A stretch of 64,000 nucleotides of DNA from Spizellomyces punctatus DAOM BR117 (lineage: Eukaryota): the NCBI GenBank assembly GCA_000182565.2, contig KQ257457.1. One strand, 5' to 3'. This document shows, piece after piece, positions 15,878 through 29,192 of the stretch (positions are counted from its first letter, which is position 1; every line of letters starts with the position of its first letter). The translations under genes were made by a program, and so were the position numbers. The notes under the pieces are model-generated. The model was given only the letters and a program-made list of their open reading frames with translations. It had not been told where the DNA came from and ran no database searches.

Positions 15878-18800
15878 ATGGTGTTGCCAGTTATGCCAAA
15901 CGACACGGAGACCCACCAGATGGGAACTCGACTGGAGATGCGATGGTCTTGGGAGCTGGTTCTCATTTCCTATGTCGTTTCCGTATTGGTAAAATCCCCT
16001 TTTTGCCAACCTCTTTGCATTGGTTTGTCTGGCTAAACTGTTGATGGTATTTGGCTTATATAGGGATCTTACACAACAACCCAACTCATGTGCCAAGTCC
16101 ACAAATCCAAATCACGGACAAAATCCCTCGGATGGATCTTGATGGCCTCGATCACATTCGGCGGATGCGCGATATGGAGTATGCATTTCGTAGGGATGAT
16201 GGCCTTGGATATCGGGATTCCCATAACGTTTGATGTGGGGTTGACGATTGCGAGTGTTGTTGTTGCTGTTGTTGCAACGTTTGGGACGTTTGCGTTTGAG
16301 GTGCTTTGGGTGGGGGGATATGTACAGGTCAAGGATTTGGATAAAGAGGAGCGGGGGAGCACTATGACGTTGGTGGATGAGGAGACCATTTTGGACATGC
16401 CCATGATAGAGGGATCGAGACGATGGACCCTTTCGGGTGCCTTTATGGAGGATGGTGGGTATGCCCCTTCAGATGCAATGGGGAGACCCAATCTGGATCA
16501 TCTTCTTCCTACCCCGCTTGGCACGCCGCAAGCTTTCTCGAATCGCATATGTGGGACATGGGCGTTAGGGAGGTTTGTATGGACGTTTTGGGAAACGTTG
16601 TCTGCGAGAATTGTCTTCAAGGGGCTCTTGTTGGGATTTACGGTAGTCGGGATGCATTACACGGGGATGATGGCCATGAGGATGGACGCAGTGATTGTGT
16701 GGGATGGATGGGTGGTTGTACTGAGTGTTTTGGATGCGTGGTTTGTCTGTGTCGTTGCATTTTGTTTTAGTAAGTTCTCCTTTGAATTTTTGTCAAATCT
16801 CTATTTCGGATGTCGGATGCTGACTTTTTATTTTTAGTGCCAATTGAAGTGGATCTTGTCAAGCAGTTTATGTTCAGTCTTATTGCCGGTGCCGGTGTAG
16901 CTGTCATGCATTACNNNNNNNNNNNNNNNNNNNNNNNNNNNNNNNNNNNNNNNNNNNNNNNNNNNNNNNNNNNNNNNNNNNNNNNNNNNNNNNNNNNNNN
17001 NNNNNNNNNNNNNNNNNNNNNNNNNNNNNNNNNNNNNNNNNNNNNNNNNNNNNNNNNNNNNNNNNNNNNNNNNNNNNNNNNNNNNNNNNNNNNNNNNNNN
17101 NNNNNNNNNNNNNNNNNNNNNNNNNNNNNNNNNNNNNNNNNNNNNNNNNNNNNNNNNNNNNNNNNNNNNNNNNNNNNNNNNNNNNNNNNNNNNTGCATCC
17201 CATTATGTTTCATTTCCACTGATGTACTACAAGTGTGCCTCCCATGAGATACGGGTAAAACGTTCCCTTCATTGCACACATTTACTCATTTTGTTGTTGA
17301 CAAGTTGCATATCATGCACTTAGACTCCCCTCCACGCCATATCGGGGTACACAGAGCTCATTGCGCACACCCCTCTAACAGAAGAGCAAAAAATCTACCT
17401 GGATTGCATCAAAACGGGATGCTATACAATCCAACTCATCACAAACAATGTCCTTGATTTCGCCAAACTCGAACGCGGGAACGCCGAGACTCGGGCACGA
17501 CCTGTTGAATTGGATATGAGGCGATTGGCGGCGGATGTAGTGAGAAGTTGTGCGCCGGTCAAGGATGAAGGGAAATGCGTAGACGTCATATTAAGTGTTG
17601 AGCAGAGTGTGCCGTTGATGGTGTTTGTGGATGAGATTTATGTTACGAGGGTATGTACTTTGTCGTTTATCTGCGTTCAAACGTACGTTTGTAGTGACTT
17701 TGTATCAGATTATTATGAACCTTGTGAGCAACGCAGTAAAGTTTACGTCAACGGGGTACGTGCTTGTACGTATTCTCTGGGATCGACAGGATGGCGATGC
17801 GTTAGTGATGCGAGTTGAAGATACGGGGGAAGGGATTCCAGAGAGTTTTCTGGGGACAGTGTTTGAGCCGTTTCGACAAGCCGACACGTCCTTGACTGTA
17901 AGTATCATTGTTCATTTTCCTCAACCATGTGAACAAAAGACTTAAAAGTGCTCATAATAGCGAAAACACGCTGGAACTGGGCTGGGACTCTCTATTTGCA
18001 AACAACTCGTTCAACGCATGTCGGGCACCGTCCATGTGGAATCTACGCACGGCCTCGGCTCAGCATTTACGATCCGCCTCCCAATGGCCGATGAGACGCA
18101 TGCCGAGCTTGTACATACACCCGTGCGACGTGTGAGTGTACCCACCGTGAAACCCGTCATGTGGTTTTGGTGTCGGAGTGAGCGTACAGAAAGGTTGTTG
18201 GCGAGGATTTGGGAGGGGTGGGGGTACGAGACGGCCAGTGTGGATCGACGTGTACAGACCCGTGGCGCTATTGTGTGGACGGATATAGAGTTGTGTCGAC
18301 GGGATCCGAGTACATTGGAGGGTCTTTTAGCGTCAATGCCTAAACTTGTTTTGGTTTGTTATGATGAATTGGGGTCTGAGGATGCGTGGGTGACGAGGTG
18401 TGATGGGATCCTACTCGTCAAGAGACCTGTAATTGTCCATGTTGTTGCGGCAATGGTGGAAGAGACGCTGGTAATACCGAATGGGACGGCGATTCCAGAC
18501 GAGAACGCTCCAGTCGAGAACGGGGCGGTTTTTCCGGCTGGACGACGACGATCAGTCTCGGAACCCATCTTTTCTTCTGGGCCTGATACGACTCCTCAGA
18601 GCGGTGTATCGGGCAGTGCACAGAGTAAGGACGAAAAGGGAGAGCCTGGAATGCACAAGGGGCGAATTCTCCTCGTCGAAGACAATGTGGTGAGTTTGTT
18701 TACTCAATAGTACAACCCCTTCATCCACATACTCACATCTAGACAAGGTCAAATCAAAAAACTCGGTATCCCGCATCCTAACCAAAAATGTCCCTACCAA

Positions 18801-19114
18801 GTCGACCTTGCGTCCAATGGGCCAAGAAGCCCTCGACAAAACTCTCGCACAATCGTATGACTGCATCCCTCATGCACTGCCAAATGCCCATCATGTCTGG
18901 CCTGGAATCCACACGACGGATACGAGCACTCGAAGAACGCGGGGTCCAACTCTGTCGGCGTCAGAACAAGAGAATACCGATTATTGCGTTGACTGCCAAT
19001 GTATCAGCAGAGAGTAGAGAAGAGTGCGACAAGGCGGGGATGGATGGGTTTTTACCAAAACCGTTGAATCTAAAAGAGTTGGGGGAGGTTGTTGGGAGGT
19101 TTGTTGGGGGTTGA
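15878..19114 (+). CDS. Hybrid sensor histidine kinase: MHYT membrane sensor + HisKA + HATPase_c + receiver (interrupted by a gap and apparent frameshifts)
   Basis: Exon 1 15878-15988 joins GSYTTTQL at 16064. Three MHYT motifs: WSMHFVGM, GMHYTGM, VMHY. H-box ASHEIR|TPLHAISGY (17237-17254, then 17324). N-box QIIMNLVSNAVKFT, G1 VEDTGEGIP, F-box FEPFRQAD, G2 GTGLGLSI. Receiver RILLVEDN...QMPIMSG...IIALTAN...FLPKP. Confidence 0.9.
16915..17193. other. Assembly gap (N run) inside the histidine kinase gene
   Basis: Run of N between the third MHYT motif and the H-box exon. Confidence 1.
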
Positions 19115-19331
19115 GATGCAGCGCTTTTTCTTGCGTGTGTGCCCGTTGTACATTTCAAGGTTAGAGCATTTAAACATACCCAAGTGTTAGAATGTAGCAC
19201 TGTTTTTTTTATATGTATCTTTATTCAAACGAATACGTGAAATAGTGAATTGAAATCGTAAAATAACTTAATAGCTCTATAAAAAACATTCGTTTCTCTG
19301 CACCTTCCATTAACAGTTTAAACCAGTCAAT

Positions 19332-19934
19332 TTACCTCCTCTTGATGCCCACCAACCCCATACACCTTGGACACAAATGCCTGGAATCCTTGAACGAGTC
19401 ATTCATGAGAGGAATCAAACAGCACCCAAACACACATCCGGAGAAACACAGTGCAATGGACGAAAACCATGCAACGATGCCAGGGTCCTTTTGGACAATG
19501 GTTGTGATGGGTGTGTGGCAGTGAGGACAAGTTGTTGGGGTTGGGTGGTGCGAAAGCGGTTGAGATGCATGGGCGACGTAGATGATGGTGGTGGTTGTGG
19601 GTTGTTGGCTGAATTGTTGCGGTGTAAGGTACTGGACTTGGACGCCTTGTGGTAAGATGCCTGGAGGGAGGACGACTTGCGGGTGTGCTTGGAGGCTTGG
19701 AGGAGGAATCGCTGGTGCTGCGTACTGCGGTTGCGGTTGTGGAGCGTATTGCGGTTGCTGCTGTTGCTGTTGTTGTTGGTGTGGTTGAGGAAATGGAATT
19801 TGAGCATGTTGCCCTTGGAATTGACTTGGGCCAGCGGGCTGATACGCCGGAGGAGCTTCCATGCCAGGATAACCTCGCGGTAGCTGCTGCTGCTGCTGCT
19901 GCTGCATCTTCTTTTCATTGGACGACGACGACAT
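19332..19934 (-). CDS. LITAF-like zinc-ribbon membrane-associated protein with P/Q-rich N-terminus
   Basis: PPAY motif, polyQ, CPHC...hydrophobic GCVFGCCLIP...KDSRHLCPRC, matching the LITAF signature. Single exon. Confidence 0.9.
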   Translation of the reverse strand: MSSSSNEKKMQQQQQQQLPRGYPGMEAPPAYQPAGPSQFQGQHAQIPFPQPHQQQQQQQQPQYAPQPQPQYAAPAIPPPSLQAHPQVVLPPGILPQGVQVQYLTPQQFSQQPTTTTIIYVAHASQPLSHHPTPTTCPHCHTPITTIVQKDPGIVAWFSSIALCFSGCVFGCCLIPLMNDSFKDSRHLCPRCMGLVGIKRR

Positions 19935-20823
19935 GGTTTAAAGGTAGTGTGTGAAAAAGTGCCTACTGCAAGTGTGCTTTTGCTTTTAAATGCGTTGTTC
20001 GCGCGTTATTTTCCTTGGCGCTTCGTAGCGTCCTTCTGCACCATACCCCTCTTGTATTTGCGTATCCCCATTTGATCCCCTTTTGCTTATCCCGTTTAAT
20101 CATCCCATCCAATGCTTCTTGCCTGCCAAGAATACGCCATCAACATACAAGATATAAATAGAAATGTCACCACGTGCCGGCCACATCACATCATCTGCAT
20201 AAAATGCATACGGCATGACCGCGCTAAAGCAATGGTTTATCACTCTCTCCCATCCATTGGCACCGCCCAACGACTGCAGAAAGAAGACGCAAAGAATTGA
20301 ATGCAGCCGACAAAGGGCGCTCTCAACTCCCCACCTCCCCTTCCAATGCACGTAAAGAACAGCAATTTGACCACTTTGCGTGTGAATGAGATTGAAAAAC
20401 TCTAAAGAAACAGAAAAAACGACGACGAGGAGCTATTTATAGGCCCAGTTTCTTTTTTCTCTTGTGCACGTGGAATGAATGTCATTGGATGGAAATATGA
20501 CTTGAGAGTGGCTTGTACTTGTTACATAAGCGAGAGATCCCGCCAGGATTCTTTGTTTCTCGCCTTTGGTGAGGAAAAGATTTGGTCGTTGTAATCGATA
20601 AAGAATGTTTCCATGTTGAAACAAGCGCCTGCATTTGCGACGACAAGTATGTGCTCCGAGTAAACAAGGGTGGACAACTGCCAATCGTGAGTTCCAAGTT
20701 GCTTGCGTGAGCGAGTGACCACTGCATTGACTGTCCATGTCATTATATCCTTCATGTATTTCATATCATGGATATTAAACTATAAAGTATGCTTGTATTG
20801 ACAATGATCGAGTCGTGTACGGA

Positions 20824-21995
20824 TCAGGAGGGGAATTGCAAGGAGGCCCCTTCCAAACCCCTCCGCACGCTCTCCATCCTCTCATGAACCAATCCAGTAA
20901 CAACCCGCTCCACAGCGGCTTCCGTCTCCAATATCCATTCCCTGTCCTCCAAGTCCTTGCTGTCATTCCCATTTATCCCATTTAGTCGCTGTATCATTTC
21001 CCTTACAAGATCGCGAGCACAAAGCGCACTCACGAGCGCCTGGTGTAGATTTCCCTGTCGTGCCCAAAACAGTGAAAAGTGCATGTGTGAGATCAAGGCA
21101 TGCGTCGGTGTTGGTGAGGCTTGTGTTGCGTGGGCTACCCTCGCGGGAACGAGCAACAAAATTGAATAACATTGCACGGAATGGAGGTTGTATATGCGAA
21201 TAGGTTGCAGTCAAGACATGGAAATTGAGGATATAAGCGAAGAGACAACTACGAACACTTTATAAACGACATGTGCATACCAATCAACCATCGCAACTCT
21301 TTCTCAACATCTCCCCGCCTCCTCGCACGTCCCGCCATCCACAACGCCCTCTTGCCATTCTCCTTTGCCATCTTCCGATTCCGATATGCGGCCTTTTGAT
21401 GCGCTTGCACAAGATCCGCAGAAGTTACAGCCCACGCCGTCAACCGAATTTGAGAAATAAAATGTGACGTTGATGTTTTCCAAAACCCGGATAGAGTCGA
21501 CATGGGCGGTCGTCGGTCGATTCGGCCGTACCCGGATGATACGCCCTTATTGTGTCGCTCTTGTCGACGCTTGCGTGCGTACGCTACTTTCCAGGGCCAT
21601 CGGACTCGACGCCCAGTTGACACAATAGGTACGGAGGTATATTTTTCTGGCAAGATAGAAAGATTTGTCCAATTTGTTTTTATCTCTGGTATTGAACAAG
21701 ACAACGTACTGTTAAAGGCACACAACAATGCCTTCCCCTCCTTTTTGACATTTTGCGCATCTGCCAATCGTTTCCCCACAGGGGTCGCAAAAGGAGGCCG
21801 TCGCACGACTTTGGGACCCGACACAATGTTCGTTTTTGACGACACCGACGACACTACAGGTGGCCGTGCAATGTGCACTTTGGGTAATGCATGAGGAGGC
21901 TTTGATCGAGGTTGCCCGCCAGATTTCTCATTGGTTTTCCTAAAACGTTGCGTTTCTGCGGGAAGTGCTGGAAGTTTATCCTTGTTCTTTATCAT
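20824..21995 (-). CDS. Uncharacterised basic multi-exon protein
   Basis: Chain of same-strand ORFs (21249-22058, 20963-21214, 20824-21177) separated by intron-like segments. K/R/P-rich N-terminus, helical C-terminus, no family recognised. Confidence 0.5.
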
Positions 21996-22616
21996 CCCTC
22001 TCTCTCTCGCCCTCTCGCATTTGTGTGTGTGTTCAGTTCTCATGGATAAAGCCCACAACAGCAGGCAACCACATTTTCAACCAAAACAATCGACCCGCAC
22101 AACCCTTCTTGCATACCCTCATCTATTCAATTCATTGTGTAATCATCCTGTCTCACGATTGCATCGGCTTTTTGGGCAGCAAAGTACCAAGTAAGTGGGA
22201 TCTTGTCTACCCTTATGGTTGCCCTTGAAAGCGAGGTTGCATTACTATATATAAAACAGCATCACGCTTACACATAGTCCATCGACATAACATTCTCAAA
22301 CATTCAGAATACGTTCGTTCCATTGCCATGATTGCTATCTCGTAAAAAGGACGGAAAGCCATGTCATTACATCCGCTTGAAAACTTTGAAATCGGAGATT
22401 GGCATCTTGAAAAGTCATGCCAACAAACCAGAACTGTCTGCTCATCCTCTGAGGAGCAATATTCCACGTAGCGAGTGCATGTATATGGCAATGTTGGCTT
22501 CATTTATGGGTCTACTGGCTAGTGAAATCAGTAGTCAAATGCAGAATAACATTTTACATGATTTCCATGGAATCCCTTAAAATGCTCCTCATCCCACTGC
22601 TGGACTAGAGATAAGA

Positions 22617-22810
22617 TGACCGTACCGTACCATACTTTGCGGTATTATTTACCGTACCCTACCTTACTATACCTTACTTTATCTCACCTTACCTTGGCGC
22701 TTACCTTACCGAATGCGTTCTGGCTACGGCCAGCCCGGAAAGTGAGGTTCGGTAGGTATCAGTGAACCAATTCCCTAGTCTCTGCACCGCTCCGAATTTT
22801 GTTGGGCTGT
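22617..22810. repeat. Degenerate ACCTT/ACCGT pentamer array followed by a self-complementary segment; possible transposon end remnant
   Basis: ACCGT at 22619, 22624, 22651; ACCTT at 22661, 22671, 22686, 22691, 22703. Hairpin CTGGC-TACG-GCCAG at 22720-22733. CAGCCC (22731) is complementary to GGGCTG (22804). Confidence 0.45.
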
Positions 22811-23509
22811 TAACAACCTAGAGCGACCTGCCTGAATCGGACAAGGCTTATTAGTAGATCTTCAGTCCGGAGTCGATGTAAGCAGACATTTTGGGGTGAC
22901 TTACAAGGTTACATCAAAAAGCACTAGATATGTATTTTCAAATGGGACGGGTCCTTGTAATCAGAAATCTGGAAGTTCAAAGATGGAAGGAAGAGACGCT
23001 GCTATAGTGGCAGACACAGGAAATCAATCAATATGTCGTACTTTGATACAATGATACCCGATCATTCTTTTTTTGACTTGCCGCCGAGGAGACAGAATTC
23101 TATAACAAAACCAGGATTTTGACTCCTGTATTTGAAGCGAGAATACGCAAGAAAACAAGAAGGCAACCTGTCAGACGTCAAACTTTTGCGCTCATAGCTC
23201 AGCCAACAGGTTATTCTTTCGAACCAGAGGACATCCGGACCCAACAGGCTGTTCCATCCGTGTTGTTTTACTGGCTAGCATTCGGTTAGGTAGTTTGTGT
23301 GATCAACCGATTTTGATAGTCCTTTCAGAAGGTTCGCCCGTAAGAGCCGACAAACCGATACCTCCGAATGAAGAGACTCCTGTCAGCGGAGGAAGCCATG
23401 TTACTACAATCATAAAAGGAGAACCCGTGCCAGTAAAGTCATTTGAAAGCCCCCACCGACAATGAGACCAGTTACAGCTGCATTCCATTTCAATATGATT
23501 TTCCCTTAG

Positions 23510-23756
23510 ATTACTTGTCAAGGAACCTCATATTACTCCTCCAAGAAGATTGGGTGACTTTTGGCTGTACCATCTTGCATTCCAGTCGAAAGAGGCCTCT
23601 CCATTGATAACTCTACGCAACGGTTTTGAGTATTGTGAGATTCGGATTCGGTCGGGCTTCCATATCATCTCAATGCTTGCACATGAATTGGGTCACGATG
23701 TTGGCCACTTGCAGTGCTGTCCATCCCAGAAATCTTGCAAGCCGAATTCCTTTTAG
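23510..23756 (+). pseudogene. Possible metallopeptidase gene remnant (HExxH)
   Basis: The ORF contains MLAHELGHDVGH and follows an acceptor-like CCCTTAG, but ends soon after. No full gene could be assembled. Confidence 0.25.
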
Positions 23757-24458
23757 CGTACAGTACACACGGAATCTGTACAGCCGTGTCACTCTTGGCG
23801 GTGGGGTAGCTCTCGGGTACTCAATTCGTCTGTTTAGACGCTACGGACAGGATCATAATGCATCGATTGACTAGCCGGTATGATCGCAGTAGATTTTACA
23901 TTGTGCAGATATTTCCAGGTTGCAGCCAACATATCTAGGCGCTCCGACGTTTATAGATTTGCTTGATTGTAATAAAACATCAGTCATTATAATTATCATC
24001 TCACACATTTCACTGGATGAATGAGCAAGTCCTTCTGAGAGGGTCATTTCTTATCTCGGCCCCCCCCACTGACGACAAGAGCAGCACATCACAACCAATT
24101 AATATATTTCTACATGGTCACTTCTGATGTCAAGGGAGCATTAGAGTATAGTGCTGAGATGCTACAATCAAAACGGCACCGATTGTGTTGAGGTCGGCAC
24201 CGCGAACAAGGGGACCGAACATCAAGCAGTAGGCGGGAAGGGCCATGAGGAACGGTACAGGGAAATCCATCTGAAGCCGTCAAGCAACTCGAAGGACCAA
24301 AGCCTTAAGGACTCGTTTCTTCCATCCTTCTCGCCATCTTCCCAAAAACGACGGAGGACGCGTCGGGTCTGCCGCGTAGGTCACATCACCATAACAACAA
24401 CGACCCTCCACCTCATCCCATCTCGCCATTTCACACCTCCAACAGCAAACATCCCACT

Positions 24459-25509
<1,051 letters not shown>

Positions 25510-25556
25510 AGTGTTCATACATACATGTAGTTTCACCATATTATCTACACAAAAGA

Positions 25557-28500
25557 CTAGTACACATCCTTCAACTCATAATATTGTCTAAACAAATGTT
25601 CATTCCTTAGTTTTGTTTCTGATACGACGTAATAGACATGTAAGAGCAACGAGGGGAATCTAGACGTGAAATACGTCAAGAATCCTTCGGGCAGGGGTCC
25701 GAGGGCTTTTTGCACGGGTGGTGGAAGGTCTTGGTAATGGTGTTTCTGCAATTTTCAAAAAACAAAAAAAAAGTCAGTAAAAACAAACACAAAGCACACA
25801 TATCGCAGCCAACAAACCTTATTTCTCAAAGCCCTCAACAAATCCCTCACGCACGCCCCATCATATTTTCGATATTTTCCCAAATTATCCAGCAACATCC
25901 GATCCATCCTCCTGTACCAATCATTTCCAATCACTTTATGACCTCCCCGTTCCAACACCTTTAGAACAGCACTCGGTGGATCCCGTTCCTCCACTTCAAA
26001 CCTATCCGAGGCATCCTGCAAAAACCCTAAACGCATCGCAGGTGTCCAAAAATACGGATGCATCAAAATCCGACTTGCGTCCGGTCGTTTTGTAGGATCC
26101 TTGGCTATCATTCGGCGTATCAAGTCTTTGGCTTCGTACCCTTCTTCACCATTCAAATCCAATTTATCCAATCGGAAATTCCCTTTGAGAATATTCATTT
26201 CTCGCATGTATGTGTCGCCAAAGGGGTGTGCACCGTTTGTGAGTATGTAGTAAAACACGCAACCCGCAGAGAAGATGTCAATGGCTTTCGTAATGCGTGG
26301 TGTATCAGAGGGTGTTGCTTCAGTTGTTGCTGTAGTGGTGGTTGAGAGAATGCATTCGGGCGCACGCCATCCGACTGTTCCACCCGCTGTCATGTGGGTA
26401 TGCTGAAAGAAGGATTGGTCCTCCGCTAGCCGCTTTCCTAACCCGAAATCTGAAATCAGGATCCGCGGATGCGGGTTTTTACTCTTTCCAGCCGCAACCA
26501 AAATATTCTACAAAAGAAATCATGAGCCATTCCATACACATTTAACCTCAAATATAACAACAACAAAAAAGATACCTGCGGCTTGATATCCCTATGTACA
26601 ATCTTTAACGAATGCAAATGGCGAATCCCAGCCATGATTTGATACAGGACTACCGCCGGCTTCAACTTTACTCGTAACTCGGCACAAAACGATTCATGAG
26701 GCTTCTCAATCACATCATATAATGAGGCCGGACAGAGTTCAAGTGCAATGTACATGAATCCCGCATTCTTCTCCTACAAGAAATAAATCAGTACATTGTC
26801 CGTATGTCTACCGCGGAGACACATACCCGAAAATAATACCGAACAACATTGGGATGGTCATCGCTCTCTTGCAACATTTTCACTTCGTGATCAGCCACGT
26901 CGTAGAAATCCAACAGGAGGCGTTTGATGGCTACATCCCGGCCTTCAAAGGTTCCTTTGTACACGACGGTGCCGTGGGAACCGTACCCGAGAATATGGTC
27001 GCTGACGGTTAGGGAACGCAGACCGGTAGGTGCAGGTAACGTTGGTTCAGTCAGCGGTGGAGTTGGAAGTGGAAGAGATCCTGAGTCGGCCAAGGCTGGG
27101 AGAACAGTGGAAAAGGAGGACTCGGTCAACGATTGGATTGGGGAAGGGGAAGAAGGAGGTGGGGTGGGCAGAGGCGATTCTTTTCTGGATGTTTTACCGT
27201 TCTTTCGTCGTTTCCGGACGGTTTTGGTGGGAGTTTCTGGTTGAGATGGCAGTGATATGCCTTCGTCCGCTGGCGATTCGTTCAATTTCGTATCCGTATC
27301 TAATGCTGTTTTCACAGGAGGTCCATCGGCTTTATCTTTCTGGCCGTTTCCATCCGATTCCTCAGGCTGTACAAGATTTTCCTTCTCGGTCTCTGGAGTC
27401 TTTTTTGCATTTGTATCCACAACATTCTCAGTACGACGCACCCTCCACCTCCAAAATCCCACGATCCCTACGACCACCACTGCCAGCAATTTCACCCAAC
27501 CAAGAACCCAACTCTGGCCATGAATACTTTCCCTCGCATGCATCCCCAACTCCTTGACCCGCTCCGCCAACGTTCGATGCTCCACAACCGTATGCGCTCC
27601 AACCAAACATTGCGGAAGAACCACCCCGTTCGGCAGCGATCGACACACATCGGTCTCGGAAGCCGGCAAACTGGGTCCCGATAAAACACCCAACGGCGCA
27701 TGCGACATGTCGGGGAAGTTTTTCGAAGAGAGGAGGTAGAAACTCCCATTGTGGTACCCCACATACGCATCCGTCTTTCGAATGGCTGTCATGGATGGAG
27801 GTGAGGGTCGAGGGGGATACGTTTTCCGGAGATGATATCCTTGAGGGTTGGTACCCACGTTAAAAGCACCTACGGCGGGCGTATCGAATTGCATTCGCAT
27901 TGCTAATTCTATAACACGCACATTGGTAACCATTTCTGTTGTTTGATAGCACACAAGACGGAGCATACAAACATACCTAAATCCCGATCAAGACCATCCA
28001 ACGGATCCTCCTTTGGTGTAATTTGCGCATTGACTTTTCTGGGTGGGGCAAGGATACCCGGATGTGGACCGTCCAATATCTCCCCTCCGAGATCGAAATG
28101 CGGCTGATGCGGGGCTGAAAATTCCCCGTATGTAATATTGAACCTAGTCCTATCGTTAAAACGTGCTTTCTCTAGTCTGGTTTTGTGCATAGAATGTGTA
28201 CCTCAATTTGGACGTTCGACGATCCCACATGCTCAATATGTATTCTGCAAACGCCAATAACGATTAACACATTCACCAATGGTCCATGTCCAGTCATGAT
28301 GGCCACTTACGTGTTCTAGAAATATACACAGCGTCCCGCTCGTCACCCAACTCTTCAACTTTGTCTTCAGTATCACCACCGTAGACACGGACAATCTTGC
28401 CCGTAAATGGATCAATAGCAACGAGACGATTAACCTTTTTTCCCGTGAAAACATAGTCACCGAACATGAAGGCGTGGTTATCGTCTACAATGCGTTTGAT

Positions 28501-29192
28501 TGGAAGTGGCAGTTTCTGCAAGCGATGGTAAATGCTATGCACAGGTAATGCAAAAAAAAAAAAAAAAAAGAGAAGATGCATACCTTGATGGGCTTTCCGG
28601 GTTCGTAATAATATAAATCTCCGTTGCCAGTTGGTTCCGGAATATAGATACCCTGGGAGTACAGGTCCTCTTCCTCGCCAACCGGAAGCAAATGATCATA
28701 GATATTGCCCCCCAATATAGTCTCATCCATCACCCGTGCATTCTCGTCCGTCTCTCGATGATCATCCGAATCTTCAATGACCTCCACCTCACCTAGAACC
28801 ATCCCATCTCCAAACCTCTCCACATTTTCCCCCAAAACCGGCTCCTGTATGACCTCAACACCACCGGCAACCAACCCATTCTTTGTTCCCAAATTGACGT
28901 CCGTCACCTTGACCAATGGCCCCCACCCATCATCCTTCCGACTCCAAACAACCCGTCCAGTGGGTCGATGAACACCATGCAATGCTCCATCCAACGTCGT
29001 CACAACAAGCAAGTCGGTTGGATGTATCGTCTTTGGCAGTAACGGTTGGTTTTGGATATGGTCCAAGGGAACCAATTCACTAGGGCCTTTGGGTGTCGGT
29101 TTAAGGCCGAGCCAACCCCCGCCTGGGCGGCCAAGGACGACGGATGCTAGTGCGTAGAGGAGGAGAAGGATAAAGTGGAGGTGGGTTGGCAT
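25557..29192 (-). CDS. IRE1: ER stress sensor kinase/endoribonuclease Ire1 (multi-exon)
   Basis: Signal peptide; luminal VTTLDGALHGV and YIPEPTGNGDLY; transmembrane segment; kinase LGYGSHGTVVYKG, HRDIKPQ, ISDFGLGK, GTVGWRAPE; KEN domain YRKYDGACVRDLLRALRNK|KHHYQDLP...YFTSRFP. Confidence 0.96.

Noticed and set aside
16810-17279. ORFs spanning the N run
   Set aside because: Artefacts of translating N; only the flanks belong to the histidine kinase.
19342-19954. Cys-rich and other antisense ORFs over the LITAF gene
   Set aside because: Shadows of the CAG/CAA repeats on the coding strand.
22617-22710. CRISPR array or telomeric repeat
   Set aside because: Irregular 5-mers with no repeat-spacer structure, in a eukaryotic context, and not a clean TTAGGG tract.
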